This document shows, one piece after another, positions 19,345 to 31,697 of a stretch of DNA of 64,000 bases. The translations under genes and the position numbers were made by a program. The stretch is taken from assembly GCF_046105845.1 (NCBI RefSeq), contig NZ_CP151004.1, one strand, 5' to 3'. Under the pieces are notes generated by a model that made no database searches, had not been told where the DNA came from, and was given only the letters and a program-made list of their open reading frames with translations. How positions within the stretch are numbered: the stretch's first letter is position 1; every line of letters begins with the position of its first letter. The DNA is from Escherichia coli (lineage in GTDB: Bacteria; Pseudomonadota; Gammaproteobacteria; Enterobacterales; Enterobacteriaceae).

Positions 19345-20133
19345 ATGGCCTATCGTTCCGCACCGCTCTATGAAGATGTTATCTGGCGAACGCATCTCCA
19401 GCCGCAGGATGCTGGGCTTGCACAAGCCATACGGGCGACGATCGCCGAACATCGTGAACATTTGCTCGAGTTTATCCGCCTGGATGAACCCGCTCCGCTT
19501 AACGCCATGACGCTGGCGCAATGGTCATCAACGAATGCGCTAAGTTCTCTACTCGCGGTCTATTCCGATCATATCTATCGCAACCAACCAACGATGATCC
19601 GCGAGAACAAACCGCTGATCTCACTATGGGCGCAATGGTATATCGGCCTGATGGTGCCACCATTAATGCTGGCGCTACTGACGCAGGAAAAAGCATTAGA
19701 TGTGTCGCCGGAACATTTCCACGTTGAGTTTCACGAAACCGGACGCGCCGCCTGTTTCTGGGTCGATGTGTGTGAAGATAAAAACGCAACACTACATTCG
19801 CCGCAGCAGCGAATGGAAACGTTAATCAGCCAGGCGCTTGTTCCGGTTGTGCAGGCACTAGAAGCGACGGGAGAGATCAACGGCAAACTTATCTGGAGTA
19901 ATACCGGTTATTTGATCAACTGGTATCTCACTGAGATGAAGCAGCTGCTTGGCGAGGCGACGGTTGAATCGCTGCACCATGCCCTCTTTTTTGAGAAAAT
20001 GCTCACGAACGGTGAAGATAATCCACTCTGGCGTACCGTGGTACTGCGCGACGGCCTGCTGGTGCGCCGCACTTGCTGCCAGCGTTATCGCTTACCGGAT
20101 GTGCAGCAATGTGGCGATTGTACGCTGAAATGA
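19345..20133 (+). CDS. fhuF: Ferric siderophore reductase FhuF (2Fe-2S)
   Basis: 262 aa; C-terminal C-C-x10-C-x2-C cluster (...RRTCCQRYRLPDVQQCGDCTLK). Confidence 0.95.
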   Translation: MAYRSAPLYEDVIWRTHLQPQDAGLAQAIRATIAEHREHLLEFIRLDEPAPLNAMTLAQWSSTNALSSLLAVYSDHIYRNQPTMIRENKPLISLWAQWYIGLMVPPLMLALLTQEKALDVSPEHFHVEFHETGRAACFWVDVCEDKNATLHSPQQRMETLISQALVPVVQALEATGEINGKLIWSNTGYLINWYLTEMKQLLGEATVESLHHALFFEKMLTNGEDNPLWRTVVLRDGLLVRRTCCQRYRLPDVQQCGDCTLK

Positions 20134-20170
20134 AAGCACTGCCGGGGAAGTAAACCCGGCATCATGCGGA

Positions 20171-20848
20171 TTAATAGGGATGCAACACATTACTTGCTTC
20201 GCAATGCCGCATACATAACAGAATATCTGCGGCCTCCAACAACCCTGCGTCAGAACTTACGCCCAGTTTCGACATCACATTAAATTTATGTGCACGGATC
20301 GTTTTGATATTGCGTTTAAGCTGCTCGGCAATTTGTGTCATTGAGTAGCCACGCGACATAAAGCGCAATATTTCTCTCTCCGTCGGGCTTAGCGTCCGGC
20401 TTTGGTTAATGTACCACTGATTGTTCAGTCGGTCGGTCGCCTGACGTACACCATTTAATGACAAAAAGAGTTCCTGATGAAAAATCTCCAGCGTTGACGC
20501 TTTACTTAATACACCGTCCAGCGGTGATGGCGACAATGAACCAATCAGCCGAGCTTCAATATCATCATCCGCAATAACTAAACGCCGGGTACGCGGAAAC
20601 TTAATCGCCAGTTCAGTCAGGCAAGATAATCCCTCTCTGCGCTCACTTCTCATGGCAGAAAAAGAAAAAATGACCGCCGCAAACGAGATCCGCGACATGG
20701 CATCCTGAAATGACTCCTGACTGGTATAGGTATGGAGCTTATAAGGGTTACCCGCAAACTTTCTGAATAAACTCTCAATACCGATACTACTCATGACGCA
20801 TTTTTCTATGAGTGCGACATTTCTCTTCTTAATTCGGCTGTGTTCCAT
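20171..20848 (-). CDS. bglJ: LuxR-type transcriptional regulator BglJ
   Basis: 225 aa; C-terminal LuxR HTH ([25 protein letters not shown]). Confidence 0.9.
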   Translation of the reverse strand: MEHSRIKKRNVALIEKCVMSSIGIESLFRKFAGNPYKLHTYTSQESFQDAMSRISFAAVIFSFSAMRSERREGLSCLTELAIKFPRTRRLVIADDDIEARLIGSLSPSPLDGVLSKASTLEIFHQELFLSLNGVRQATDRLNNQWYINQSRTLSPTEREILRFMSRGYSMTQIAEQLKRNIKTIRAHKFNVMSKLGVSSDAGLLEAADILLCMRHCEASNVLHPY

Positions 20849-21531
20849 TCTGCGGCATCTCCATAAACAGAAGGCAAGTTAAGTTCTCTTGCACCCTGCG
20901 CGCTATTTATCCATGCATACATTTCAGCGTTGCTGTGAATTGCCAGTCGACGCATCGCACTGTTTTTTTGGGCGCTGATAGTTTTATTACTTTTCTTAAG
21001 CAATGAAGCTATCTGGTTGATGCCCCATCCTTTACCTAATAGCCGCAGTACCTTGCGCTCTGAAAGAGTGAGAATGACGGAGCGATAGCTAAAATCATGA
21101 GTTTCAATCATTGCCGGAGAGGTCAGCATGGCGCTGATACGCTCTGAGTGCGTATTGCCGGAACGTACGGTCTTGACCAGATTCTCAATGGGTTCAACAT
21201 CAGACAATAACGTCGCCGTAGGGCACATGAGCATTTCTACTGCCTGGGAATACCAGGAACGTGACACCATGAAAACCCAGTGAATTTCCCGATATTGTGA
21301 GATTAAAGAATAATAATGTTCACAAACAGAACGTGGATCTTCACTTTCACCGGCTAAATCAGCAATGACTAATCCGGAACGACGTAATTGTAATAAGGTA
21401 AGGTCCTCCGCAGAGGCGCTGGATATTATTTCATATTCAGGGAAGTGAGTCCTCATGACCTCTTTTAACCCTGCTTGCATAACAGGTATTTTACTGATAA
21501 CAATTCCATTTTTGCAGCATCCTGGCAACAT
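20806..21531 (-). CDS. yjjQ: LuxR-type transcriptional regulator YjjQ
   Basis: 241 aa; LuxR HTH ([23 protein letters not shown]); overlaps bglJ start. Confidence 0.9.
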   Translation of the reverse strand: MLPGCCKNGIVISKIPVMQAGLKEVMRTHFPEYEIISSASAEDLTLLQLRRSGLVIADLAGESEDPRSVCEHYYSLISQYREIHWVFMVSRSWYSQAVEMLMCPTATLLSDVEPIENLVKTVRSGNTHSERISAMLTSPAMIETHDFSYRSVILTLSERKVLRLLGKGWGINQIASLLKKSNKTISAQKNSAMRRLAIHSNAEMYAWINSAQGARELNLPSVYGDAAEWNTAELRREMSHS

Positions 21532-22150
21532 ATTTCCTCCACATCCACTGTCTATAAATCATGATGGTTTATTCAGGATATTCATCCCTTAAATATTTTC
21601 AGCAAATTAATAGATTAAGCGAATAAATTATCCTTTGCATTCACTTTTATATCAGCATACTCCTGCTGCACATTAACTCCACTGCATGTGTCAGAAGGTT
21701 AGCATCAAATGATAACCTGGTGAAATAGCCTGGAGACATTTAAAATATCTACATTAAGTTGTTAGAAATACTTAATGAAAAACAGAAATCTCATTCATTT
21801 AATTTATAATTAAATGATATCTCTTCTCGCAGAATGCGGGAATCACACAATCAATATTTATTCAATAAAATCTAATGGTTTTAACTTGTTAACATTAAAA
21901 AACGCGCCCAGCTATCTATTATCCTGACTCGTAAAGGTCAAACAATAAATTCATTATAGTGATAATATTCATTCGATAGTTTGTTTACGGCGAGAGATAA
22001 TTCGCTTTTTATCACCAAGCGTCTCCCGATAACCAGGATTAATCAGCGCAATTTTGATCTTAACCTACCGCAAAACAGCCGTGCTTCATGATACAAATGG
22101 ATTCTCATTATCTGAACAATACGCAGCACGTCTATGACAAAGGGCGAGTT

Positions 22151-22921
22151 ATGCAAACTGAGCAACAGCGAGCCGTAACACGGCTTTGTATCCAGTGTGG
22201 ATTATTTCTTTTGCAACATGGTGCGGAAAGCGCGTTGGTTGATGAGCTTTCCTCACGACTGGGTCGGGCGCTGGGAATGGACAGCGTCGAAAGTTCTATC
22301 TCTTCGAACGCCATAGTGCTGACAACTATTAAAGATGGGCAATGCCTGACATCGACACGAAAAAATCAAGATCGCGGCATTAATATGCATGTGGTGACTG
22401 AAGTCCAGCACATTGTGATTCTGGCGGAGCATCATCTGCTGGATTACAAAGGTGTAGAGAAACGATTTAGCCAAATTCAGCCATTACGTTACCCGAGATG
22501 GCTGGTAGCCTTAATGGTCGGCCTTTCTTGCGCCTGTTTCTGTAAACTCAATAAAGGTGGCTGGGATGGTGCCGTCATCACCTTCTTTGCCAGTACGGTC
22601 GCGATGTATATCCGCCAGCTACTGGCACAGCGTCATCTTCATCCACAGATCAACTTTTGCCTCACCGCTTTCGCCGCCACCACCATTTCCGGATTGCTTT
22701 TGCAACTTCCCACTTTCAGCAATACCCCCACCATCGCGATGGCCGCCAGCGTTCTGCTGCTGGTGCCGGGCTTTCCGTTGATTAATGCCGTCGCCGATAT
22801 GTTTAAAGGCCACATCAATACCGGACTGGCACGCTGGGCGATCGCCAGTCTGCTGACACTGGCTACCTGCGTCGGCGTAGTGATGGCACTGACGATTTGG
22901 GGGCTACGCGGATGGGTGTGA
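22151..22921 (+). CDS. yjjP: Inner membrane protein YjjP
   Basis: 256 aa from internal ATG ([17 protein letters not shown]...). Confidence 0.9.
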   Translation: MQTEQQRAVTRLCIQCGLFLLQHGAESALVDELSSRLGRALGMDSVESSISSNAIVLTTIKDGQCLTSTRKNQDRGINMHVVTEVQHIVILAEHHLLDYKGVEKRFSQIQPLRYPRWLVALMVGLSCACFCKLNKGGWDGAVITFFASTVAMYIRQLLAQRHLHPQINFCLTAFAATTISGLLLQLPTFSNTPTIAMAASVLLLVPGFPLINAVADMFKGHINTGLARWAIASLLTLATCVGVVMALTIWGLRGWV

Positions 22922-23385
22922 TCGAATTTCTGTTAGCGTTGGCGCAGGATATTATCCTCGCCGCCATTCCTGCGGTCGGCTTTGCGATGGTGTTCAACGT
23001 TCCCGTGCGGGCGTTACGCTGGTGTGCGCTGCTTGGCGCGATTGGTCATGGTTCACGAATGATCTTAATGACCAGCGGGCTGAATATTGAGTGGTCAACC
23101 TTTATGGCCTCCATGCTGGTCGGCACCATTGGTATTCAATGGTCGCGCTGGTATCTGGCGCATCCGAAAGTGTTTACCGTGGCGGCTGTTATCCCCATGT
23201 TTCCGGGCATATCGGCTTATACCGCAATGATTTCGGCGGTAAAAATCAGCCAGCTAGGTTACAGCGAACCGTTGATGATTACCCTGTTAACCAACTTTCT
23301 TACAGCTTCATCGATTGTTGGTGCGTTATCTATCGGTCTTTCCATTCCTGGATTATGGTTGTACCGCAAGCGCCCTCGCGTATAA
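22912..23385 (+). CDS. yjjB: Inner membrane protein YjjB
   Basis: 157 aa ([15 protein letters not shown]...); overlaps yjjP stop. Confidence 0.9.
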   Translation: MGVIEFLLALAQDIILAAIPAVGFAMVFNVPVRALRWCALLGAIGHGSRMILMTSGLNIEWSTFMASMLVGTIGIQWSRWYLAHPKVFTVAAVIPMFPGISAYTAMISAVKISQLGYSEPLMITLLTNFLTASSIVGALSIGLSIPGLWLYRKRPRV

Positions 23386-23491
23386 AATTGCCTCGCTTAA
23401 GCACACGGATGAGAGACAGCCTCCTCTCCTCCGTGTGTTACTATAAAAGTTATCTCCCTTCTCGTTCATCGTTCCATATTTGAGAAACAGT

Positions 23492-24031
23492 ATGTCTTCC
23501 AGAGTTTTAACCCCGGACGTCGTTGGTATTGACGCCCTGGTACACGATCACCAAACCGTTCTGGCAAAAGCTGAAGGCGGTGTGGTTGCCGTATTTGCTA
23601 ACAATGCCCCGGCGTTTTATGCCGTCACGCCTGCACGCCTGGCTGAACTGCTAGCGCTGGAAGAAAAGCTGGCGCGTCCGGGAAGCGATGTCGCTCTGGA
23701 CGATCAACTCTATCAGGAACCGCAAGCTGCTCCCGTTGCTGTACCCATGGGGAAATTCGTCATGTATCCGGACTGGCAACCCGATGCCGACTTTATCCGC
23801 CTGGCGGCGCTATGGGGCGTGGCACTAAGAGAGCCGGTGACCACCGAAGAACTGGCCTCATTCATTGCCTACTGGCAGGCGGAAGGTAAAGTCTTTCACC
23901 ATGTGCAGTGGCAACAAAAACTGGCGCGCAGCCTGCAAATCGGTCGTGCCAGCAACGGCGGACTGCCGAAACGAGATGTGAATACGGTCAGTGAACCTGA
24001 CAGCCAAATTCCACCAGGATTCAGAGGGTAA
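23492..24031 (+). CDS. dnaT: Primosomal protein DnaT
   Basis: 179 aa [19 protein letters not shown]... ending [13 protein letters not shown]. Confidence 0.95.
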   Translation: MSSRVLTPDVVGIDALVHDHQTVLAKAEGGVVAVFANNAPAFYAVTPARLAELLALEEKLARPGSDVALDDQLYQEPQAAPVAVPMGKFVMYPDWQPDADFIRLAALWGVALREPVTTEELASFIAYWQAEGKVFHHVQWQQKLARSLQIGRASNGGLPKRDVNTVSEPDSQIPPGFRG

Positions 24032-24033
24032 CG

Positions 24034-24771
24034 ATGAAAAACGTTGGCGACCTGATGCAACGCCTGCAAAAAATGATGCCTGCCCATATCAAACCTGCTT
24101 TCAAAACGGGTGAAGAACTACTGGCCTGGCAGAAAGAACAAGGGGCGATCCGCTCCGCCGCTCTCGAACGTGAAAATCGGGCGATGAAAATGCAGCGCAC
24201 CTTTAACCGCTCCGGTATTCGTCCACTGCATCAGAACTGCTCCTTTGAGAACTATCGCGTTGAGTGTGAAGGGCAAATGAATGCGTTAAGCAAAGCGCGC
24301 CAGTATGTCGAAGAGTTTGACGGCAACATCGCCAGCTTCATCTTTTCTGGTAAGCCAGGAACCGGCAAAAACCATCTGGCGGCGGCAATCTGCAACGAGC
24401 TGCTGCTACGCGGTAAATCCGTATTGATCATCACCGTGGCCGATATTATGTCGGCGATGAAAGATACCTTCAGGAATAGCGGTACCAGCGAAGAACAACT
24501 GCTTAACGATCTGAGCAACGTTGATCTGCTGGTGATCGATGAGATCGGCGTGCAGACCGAATCGAAATACGAAAAAGTGATCATCAACCAGATCGTCGAT
24601 CGCCGCTCTTCTTCCAAACGCCCAACCGGGATGCTGACCAACAGTAATATGGAAGAGATGACCAAGTTGCTGGGCGAACGCGTGATGGACCGTATGCGCC
24701 TGGGTAATAGTTTGTGGGTGATCTTCAACTGGGATAGCTACCGTAGTCGGGTAACGGGTAAAGAGTATTAA
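24034..24771 (+). CDS. dnaC: Helicase loader DnaC
   Basis: 245 aa; Walker A GKPGTGKNHLAAAI. Confidence 0.95.
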   Translation: MKNVGDLMQRLQKMMPAHIKPAFKTGEELLAWQKEQGAIRSAALERENRAMKMQRTFNRSGIRPLHQNCSFENYRVECEGQMNALSKARQYVEEFDGNIASFIFSGKPGTGKNHLAAAICNELLLRGKSVLIITVADIMSAMKDTFRNSGTSEEQLLNDLSNVDLLVIDEIGVQTESKYEKVIINQIVDRRSSSKRPTGMLTNSNMEEMTKLLGERVMDRMRLGNSLWVIFNWDSYRSRVTGKEY

Positions 24772-24819
24772 TCTCCGTTTCTGGCGGTATACTGCGACAC
24801 AATTCCACCTTGAGTAATG

Positions 24820-25314
24820 ATGATGAAAACTGTTAAACACCTTCTGTGCTGTGCCATTGCCGCCAGCGCATTAATTTCCACCGGGGTGCATGCTGCGTCC
24901 TGGAAAGATGCGCTCTCCAGCGCCGCCAGCGAACTTGGCAACCAAAACAGCACGACACAAGAAGGCGGTTGGTCGCTCGCGTCATTAACTAACTTGCTTA
25001 GCAGCGGGAATCAGGCCTTAAGCGCAGATAACATGAACAACGCCGCAGGCATTCTGCAATACTGCGCGAAGCAAAAGCTGGCTTCGGTAACCGATGCCGA
25101 AAACATCAAGAATCAGGTACTGGAAAAACTGGGCCTGAACAGTGAAGAGCAAAAAGAAGACACCAACTATCTGGATGGCATTCAGGGTTTGCTGAAAACT
25201 AAAGATGGTCAGCAACTCAATCTGGATAATATCGGAACGACTCCGCTGGCAGAAAAGGTGAAAACCAAAGCCTGCGATCTGGTGTTAAAGCAGGGGCTGA
25301 ACTTCATTTCCTGA
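24820..25314 (+). CDS. yjjA: Periplasmic protein YjjA
   Basis: 164 aa with signal peptide (MMKTVKHLLCCAIAASALISTGVHA). Confidence 0.85.
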   Translation: MMKTVKHLLCCAIAASALISTGVHAASWKDALSSAASELGNQNSTTQEGGWSLASLTNLLSSGNQALSADNMNNAAGILQYCAKQKLASVTDAENIKNQVLEKLGLNSEEQKEDTNYLDGIQGLLKTKDGQQLNLDNIGTTPLAEKVKTKACDLVLKQGLNFIS

Positions 25315-25567
25315 ACCGCGAAACGCCGCGTTTTAGCTGTTACCCGGCTGACGCGGCTCTCTCCTGCCCTTTTCCCTGCTCCTGGACGGTTTTCCCCCTG
25401 TTACACGGGAAGCGACCGTAATCAAAAAAGTCTGTTTATAAACTAATTCCTAACAACATCGCATTTTTTTGACACTAGAATTGCAGCAATATGGCGACGC
25501 CATTACATTGTGCTTCTCAAAAAGCTTAAACGTTGGCTAAACGGCCCGGTTTAGTGAGGATCGCCCG

Positions 25568-27859
25568 TTGTCAGAACTACTCTCTTTCGCCCTTTTTCTC
25601 GCCTCTGTGCTGATTTACGCATGGAAAGCGGGACGTAACACCTGGTGGTTTGCAGCCACATTAACGGTACTGGGGCTATTTGTCGTTTTAAATATCACCC
25701 TGTTTGCCAGCGACTATTTTACTGGCGATGGTATTAACGACGCGGTTCTCTATACCTTAACCAACAGCCTGACCGGTGCTGGTGTCAGCAAATACATTCT
25801 TCCGGGTATCGGCATTGTGCTGGGGCTGACGGCGGTGTTCGGTGCGCTGGGCTGGATCCTGCGCCGTCGTCGCCATCATCCGCACCATTTTGGTTACAGC
25901 CTGCTGGCACTATTACTGGCGCTGGGTTCAGTGGATGCCAGCCCGGCATTTCGTCAGATAACGGAACTGGTGAAATCCCAGTCACGCGACGGCGACCCGG
26001 ACTTTGCGGCTTATTATAAAGAGCCGTCGAAAACTATCCCTGACCCGAAACTCAACCTGGTTTATATCTACGGCGAAAGTCTCGAGCGAACCTATTTTGA
26101 TAACGAGGCTTTCCCGGATCTCACGCCTGAACTGGGCGCGTTGAAAAATGAAGGCCTGGATTTCAGCCACACGCAGCAGCTGCCAGGAACGGATTACACG
26201 ATTGCGGGCATGGTGGCTTCTCAGTGCGGAATACCGCTGTTTGCCCCATTTGAAGGCAACGCCTCCGCTTCTGTTTCCAGCTTCTTCCCGCAGAACATCT
26301 GTCTGGGCGATATCCTGAAAAACTCGGGTTATCAGAACTATTTCGTGCAGGGCGCGAATCTGCGTTTTGCCGGTAAAGATGTGTTCCTGAAGTCGCATGG
26401 CTTCGACCACTTATATGGCTCAGAAGAGCTGAAAAGCGTGGTGGCCGACCCGCACTATCGCAACGACTGGGGATTCTACGACGATACCGTTCTCGACGAA
26501 GCGTGGAAAAAGTTTGAAGAGCTTTCCCGCTCAGGTCAGCGATTCTCACTGTTTACCCTGACAGTCGATACCCATCACCCGGATGGTTTTATCTCGCGCA
26601 CCTGTAACCGCAAAAAATATGATTTTGACGGTAAGCCTAATCAGTCATTCAGCGCGGTAAGTTGCAGCCAGGAGAACATCGCGACGTTTATCAACAAAAT
26701 CAAAGCGTCACCGTGGTTTAAAGATACCGTCATCGTCGTCTCTTCTGACCATTTAGCGATGAACAACACGGCGTGGAAATACCTCAATAAGCAGGATCGC
26801 AATAACCTGTTTTTTGTCATCCGTGGCGACAAGCCGCAGCAAGAGACGCTGGCAGTGAAGCGTAATACGATGGATAACGGCGCGACGGTGCTGGACATTC
26901 TCGGTGGCGATAACTATCTCGGACTTGGTCGTAGCAGTTTATCCGGGCAGTCAATGTCGGAAATCTTCCTCAATATCAAAGAGAAAACATTGGCGTGGAA
27001 GCCGGATATCATCCGCCTGTGGAAATTCCCTAAAGAGATGAAAGAGTTCACCATCGACCAGCAGAAAAACATGATTGCCTTCTCGGGTAGCCATTTCCGT
27101 TTGCCGCTGCTGTTGCGGGTTTCAGACAAGCGCGTAGAACCGCTGCCGGAAAGCGAATACTCAGCACCGCTGCGTTTCCAGCTGGCCGATTTCGCTCCAC
27201 GCGACAATTTCGTCTGGGTTGACCGTTGCTACAAGATGGCACAACTTTGGGCTCCGGAACTGGCACTCTCCACCGACTGGTGTGTCTCGCAAGGGCAGCT
27301 TGGCGGTCAGCAAATTGTCCAGCATGTTGATAAAACAATGTGGAAGGGCAAAACGGCATTTAAAGATACGGTCATCGACATGGCGCGTTACAAAGGCAAT
27401 GTCGATACGCTGAAGATTGTTGATAACGATATTCGCTACAAAGCCGACAGTTTCATCTTTAACGTCGCCGGTGCGCCAGAAGAGGTGAAACAGTTTAGCG
27501 GAATTTCCCGTCCGGAGTCGTGGGGCCGCTGGTCCAACGCTCAGCTGGGCGATGAAGTAAAAATCGAGTACAAGCATCCGCTGCCGAAGAAATTTGACCT
27601 GGTGATTACCGCCAAAGCATACGGCAATAACGCCAGCCGTCCTATTCCGGTACGCGTAGGCAATGAAGAACAAACCCTTGTGCTGGGCAATGAAGTGACC
27701 ACCACCACACTGCATTTCGATAACCCAACCGATGCAGGCACACTGGTAATTGTGCCGCCGGAACCTGTCTCAACCAACGAAGGGAATATCCTCGGACACT
27801 CGCCGCGTAAGCTCGGGATCGGCATGGTGGAAATTAAAGTGGTAGAACGTGAAGGGTAA
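25568..27859 (+). CDS. opgB: Phosphoglycerol transferase I OpgB (MdoB)
   Basis: 763 aa; TTG start; N-terminal TM helices + sulfatase-like domain. Confidence 0.95.
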   Translation: MSELLSFALFLASVLIYAWKAGRNTWWFAATLTVLGLFVVLNITLFASDYFTGDGINDAVLYTLTNSLTGAGVSKYILPGIGIVLGLTAVFGALGWILRRRRHHPHHFGYSLLALLLALGSVDASPAFRQITELVKSQSRDGDPDFAAYYKEPSKTIPDPKLNLVYIYGESLERTYFDNEAFPDLTPELGALKNEGLDFSHTQQLPGTDYTIAGMVASQCGIPLFAPFEGNASASVSSFFPQNICLGDILKNSGYQNYFVQGANLRFAGKDVFLKSHGFDHLYGSEELKSVVADPHYRNDWGFYDDTVLDEAWKKFEELSRSGQRFSLFTLTVDTHHPDGFISRTCNRKKYDFDGKPNQSFSAVSCSQENIATFINKIKASPWFKDTVIVVSSDHLAMNNTAWKYLNKQDRNNLFFVIRGDKPQQETLAVKRNTMDNGATVLDILGGDNYLGLGRSSLSGQSMSEIFLNIKEKTLAWKPDIIRLWKFPKEMKEFTIDQQKNMIAFSGSHFRLPLLLRVSDKRVEPLPESEYSAPLRFQLADFAPRDNFVWVDRCYKMAQLWAPELALSTDWCVSQGQLGGQQIVQHVDKTMWKGKTAFKDTVIDMARYKGNVDTLKIVDNDIRYKADSFIFNVAGAPEEVKQFSGISRPESWGRWSNAQLGDEVKIEYKHPLPKKFDLVITAKAYGNNASRPIPVRVGNEEQTLVLGNEVTTTTLHFDNPTDAGTLVIVPPEPVSTNEGNILGHSPRKLGIGMVEIKVVEREG

Positions 27860-27871
27860 TTCCTGACTGAT

Positions 27872-27900
27872 GTGTAGGTCGCATAAGGTGCGACCTACAC
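27872..27900. other. Perfect 12-bp-stem hairpin between convergent opgB and lgoD
   Basis: gtgtaggtcgca-taagg-tgcgacctacac; no T-tract, so REP/attenuator-like rather than classic terminator. Confidence 0.5.
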
Positions 27901-27997
27901 ACCTTCTCCGGCCTACAAAACATCATTGAGAAACAGAAAAAAACAGCGCCCAACACTTCCCCGGACGCTGCATGGCAACTTTAATAATCTCGCCTTA

Positions 27998-29020
27998 TCA
28001 GAAAGTAATTACACCCTTAATCAACTCACGATTGTTAATCACATCGCGCTCGTAGGTTTCTGCCAGCGTGGCGAACGGATAGCGATGGGTTAACATCATG
28101 TCGGCAGTGATTTTCCCTTCCGCCATCAGTCGACCGACTTTAGCGAAATCTTCTGGCGTGGCGTTGCGGCTGCCCATCATCGTCGTTTCTTTTTTATGGA
28201 ATTCCGGATCGGAGAACTGCAACTCACCTTTAAACAGGCCGACAAATACCACCGTGCCGCCGTGACGAATCAGATTCACGGTGTTATTCATCGCATGTTG
28301 ATTACCTGTCGCGTCGATCACTTTCTGCGCCAGAGAACCACCAAACTGCGCCCGCAGCTGCGCGTCAAAATCTTCGGCTGACGGGTCCAGTACAGGTAAT
28401 TCCAGACGCGTTGCCACATGTTCACGGCGCGCCGGACTGGTATCCGCCACCACCACCTGTGCGCCATCGGCTTTAGCGATTGCCGCCGCGCCCAGACCGA
28501 TTGGCCCCGCCCCGACCACCAGCACCTGCTCGCCGGGAGCAATGGCTGCGCGACGCACCGCATGAGCGCTAATAGCGAAAGGTTCAATTAATGCTGCCGC
28601 CTGCGGGTCAATACCGTCTGCGGGCAAAATGTTCGCCACCGGCACGCTCAAATACTCACTAAAACCGCCATCCTGATGCACGCCAATGACTGAAATTTTT
28701 TCACAGCAATTGGTACGACCGCTTTTACATGCAGGGCATTGCTGACAGGCAACATAAGGGATCACAGCAACTTGCTGACCATTTTTAAGATCAGCAATAT
28801 TTTTACCCAGCCCAACAATCTCCCCACATATTTCATGGCCTAAAACACGTGGATAACTAAAAAATGGTTGATTTCCACCCCAGGCATGAATATCGGTACC
28901 GCAAATCCCGACAGACTTAATTTTTATTAATGCTTCATTGTCACCCGGAATAGGTATCTCGCGTTGTTTCCAGACTAATTCTTTCGGCTGCTGGCAAATT
29001 AAAACATTCATCGTAGACAT
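27998..29020 (-). CDS. lgoD: L-galactonate oxidoreductase (Zn-dependent ADH family)
   Basis: 340 aa from internal ATG; GHExxGxxxxxG zinc-ADH signature and GxGxxG. Confidence 0.9.
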   Translation of the reverse strand: MSTMNVLICQQPKELVWKQREIPIPGDNEALIKIKSVGICGTDIHAWGGNQPFFSYPRVLGHEICGEIVGLGKNIADLKNGQQVAVIPYVACQQCPACKSGRTNCCEKISVIGVHQDGGFSEYLSVPVANILPADGIDPQAAALIEPFAISAHAVRRAAIAPGEQVLVVGAGPIGLGAAAIAKADGAQVVVADTSPARREHVATRLELPVLDPSAEDFDAQLRAQFGGSLAQKVIDATGNQHAMNNTVNLIRHGGTVVFVGLFKGELQFSDPEFHKKETTMMGSRNATPEDFAKVGRLMAEGKITADMMLTHRYPFATLAETYERDVINNRELIKGVITF

Positions 29021-29158
29021 GATTCGGCTCTCCATTTTTTGTTGCCTTAGATATCAATGAAAATGAAAAATGGCAGCGGAACGGAAAATCTATTTTGTGA
29101 AAACACACGCATAAAAATGTTTTAAATCGGGTTTTAATGGACTCACAAGGAGGAAAAT

Positions 29159-30073
29159 ATGAGTCGTTCACAAAATTTACGCCACAATGTGATTAACCAG
29201 GTCATTGATGATATGGCGCGGGGTCATATCCCTTCCCCACTTCCATCGCAAAGTGCGCTGGCGGAAATGTACAACATCAGCCGCACTACAGTGCGTCATA
29301 TTCTCAGCCACTTACGCGAATGCGGCGTCTTAACGCAGGTTGGAAACGACTATGTTATTGCGCGTAAACCTGACCATGATGACGGTTTCGCCTGTACTAC
29401 CGCTTCAATGAGTGAACAAAACAAAGTGTTTGAGCAGGCTTTTTTCACGATGATAAACCAGCGCCAGTTACGCCCTGGGGAAACTTTTTCTGAACTGCAA
29501 CTGGCTCGGGCCGCGGGTGTCAGCCCGGTTGTAGTAAGAGAATATCTTTTAAAATTCGGCCGTTATAATCTTATTCAAAGCGAAAAGCGCGGCCAGTGGA
29601 GCATGAAGCAATTCGATCAATCCTACGCTGAGCAGCTGTTTGAGCTACGCGAAATGCTCGAAACTCATTCACTTCAGCACTTTCTCAACCTGCCTGATCA
29701 TGATCCTCGCTGGCTGCAGGCGAAAACCATGCTCGAACGTCATCGGCTACTGCGTGACAACATCGGCAATAGCTTTCGCATGTTCTCGCAACTTGACAGA
29801 GATTTTCACTCCTTACTGCTTTCAGCTGCCGACAATATCTTTTTTGATCAATCGCTTGAGATCATCTCAGTCATCTTTCATTTTCACTATCAATGGGACG
29901 AAAGCGATCTTAAACAGCGCAATATCATTGCCGTCGATGAGCATATGACCATTCTCAGCGCTCTGATTTGCCGCAGTGACCTTGATGCCACCCTTGCGCT
30001 CCGTAACCATTTGAATTCAGCTAAACAATCAATGATTCGATCCATTAATGAGAACACGCGTTATGCTCATTAA
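29159..30073 (+). CDS. lgoR: GntR/FadR-family regulator LgoR
   Basis: 304 aa; N-terminal GntR HTH. Confidence 0.9.
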   Translation: MSRSQNLRHNVINQVIDDMARGHIPSPLPSQSALAEMYNISRTTVRHILSHLRECGVLTQVGNDYVIARKPDHDDGFACTTASMSEQNKVFEQAFFTMINQRQLRPGETFSELQLARAAGVSPVVVREYLLKFGRYNLIQSEKRGQWSMKQFDQSYAEQLFELREMLETHSLQHFLNLPDHDPRWLQAKTMLERHRLLRDNIGNSFRMFSQLDRDFHSLLLSAADNIFFDQSLEIISVIFHFHYQWDESDLKQRNIIAVDEHMTILSALICRSDLDATLALRNHLNSAKQSMIRSINENTRYAH

Positions 30074-30287
30074 GTACGGATTAAAAACAGCAAACTATTA
30101 GCGGGTGCACGGTTTTATCAAAAGATAAATACCGGGAAATTCCCGCTTACCTATGCTCACAATCAGTCGACTAAAAATGTTTTTGTGAGCGGTAGTAAAG
30201 TCCTAAAACTTTAACCTGCCGTTAATGTCAACCTTGCGTAATGCACAATTACGTAAACAATTAAAATTATAAATACAGGAGTCCGGC

Positions 30288-31649
30288 GTGGAAAAAGAAA
30301 ATATCACCCTCGATCCGCGTTCTTCATTTACTCCATCTTCGTCGGCAGATATTCCCGTGCCACCAGATGGATTAGTTCAACGCAGTACCCGAATTAAACG
30401 CATTCAAACCACCGCCATGTTGTTATTATTTTTTGCGGCGGTAATCAATTATCTCGACCGCAGTTCGCTGTCGGTAGCAAATTTAACGATTCGTGAAGAA
30501 TTGGGATTAAGTGCCACCGAAATCGGCGCTTTGCTCTCCGTGTTTTCACTCGCTTACGGGATTGCGCAACTTCCTTGCGGCCCACTATTGGATCGTAAAG
30601 GCCCACGCCTGATGCTGGGACTGGGGATGTTCTTCTGGTCACTGTTCCAGGCCATGTCTGGCATGGTGCACAGCTTTACGCAGTTCGTGTTGGTGCGTAT
30701 CGGTATGGGAATTGGTGAAGCGCCGATGAACCCATGCGGTGTAAAAGTCATTAACGACTGGTTCAACATCAAAGAGCGCGGACGCCCGATGGGCTTCTTC
30801 AACGCAGCTTCTACCATTGGCGTTGCCGTAAGCCCACCGATTCTGGCGGCGATGATGCTGGTGATGGGCTGGCGCGGGATGTTTATTACCATTGGTGTAC
30901 TGGGGATTTTTCTCGCCATCGGCTGGTATATGCTCTATCGCAACCGCGAGCACGTAGAACTGACTGCCGTTGAACAAGCTTATCTCAATGCAGGTAGCGT
31001 CAATGCCCGCCGAGATCCGCTCAGTTTTGCCGAATGGCGCAGCCTGTTCCGTAACCGCACAATGTGGGGAATGATGCTCGGATTCAGTGGCATCAACTAC
31101 ACTGCGTGGCTGTATCTGGCCTGGCTTCCTGGTTACCTGCAAACAGCCTATAACCTGGATTTAAAAAGCACAGGGTTGATGGCGGCTATCCCTTTCCTGT
31201 TTGGGGCTGCCGGGATGCTGGTCAACGGTTACGTTACTGACTGGCTGGTCAAAGGGGGAATGGCTCCGATTAAAAGCCGTAAGATCTGCATTATTGCCGG
31301 GATGTTCTGTTCTGCCGCCTTTACGCTGGTCGTACCGCAAGCGACAACATCCATGACGGCGGTTCTGCTGATTGGCATGGCACTGTTCTGTATTCACTTT
31401 GCCGGAACATCCTGCTGGGGCTTGATCCACGTCGCAGTTGCTTCTCGCATGACGGCATCGGTGGGCAGTATCCAGAACTTTGCCAGCTTCATCTGCGCCT
31501 CTTTCGCGCCGATCATTACTGGTTTTATTGTTGATACCACCCACTCATTCCGTCTGGCACTAATCATCTGCGGTTGCGTCACTGCAGCGGGGGCACTGGC
31601 GTACATCTTCCTGGTTCGTCAGCCGATCAACGACCCGCGTAAAGATTAA
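30288..31649 (+). CDS. lgoT: L-galactonate:H+ symporter (MFS)
   Basis: 453 aa, multi-TM MFS pattern. Confidence 0.9.
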   Translation: MEKENITLDPRSSFTPSSSADIPVPPDGLVQRSTRIKRIQTTAMLLLFFAAVINYLDRSSLSVANLTIREELGLSATEIGALLSVFSLAYGIAQLPCGPLLDRKGPRLMLGLGMFFWSLFQAMSGMVHSFTQFVLVRIGMGIGEAPMNPCGVKVINDWFNIKERGRPMGFFNAASTIGVAVSPPILAAMMLVMGWRGMFITIGVLGIFLAIGWYMLYRNREHVELTAVEQAYLNAGSVNARRDPLSFAEWRSLFRNRTMWGMMLGFSGINYTAWLYLAWLPGYLQTAYNLDLKSTGLMAAIPFLFGAAGMLVNGYVTDWLVKGGMAPIKSRKICIIAGMFCSAAFTLVVPQATTSMTAVLLIGMALFCIHFAGTSCWGLIHVAVASRMTASVGSIQNFASFICASFAPIITGFIVDTTHSFRLALIICGCVTAAGALAYIFLVRQPINDPRKD

Positions 31650-31658
31650 ACTCCCTAT

Positions 31659-31691
31659 GCCCGATAACATTTTGCTTATCGGGCATTTTTA
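31659..31691 (+). terminator. Intrinsic terminator after lgoT
   Basis: gcccgataa-cattttgc-ttatcgggc followed by ATTTTTA. Confidence 0.6.
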
Positions 31692-31697
31692 TGGCGA

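Noticed and set aside
27161-27715. 184-aa minus-strand ORF
   Set aside because: Antisense inside opgB; spurious.
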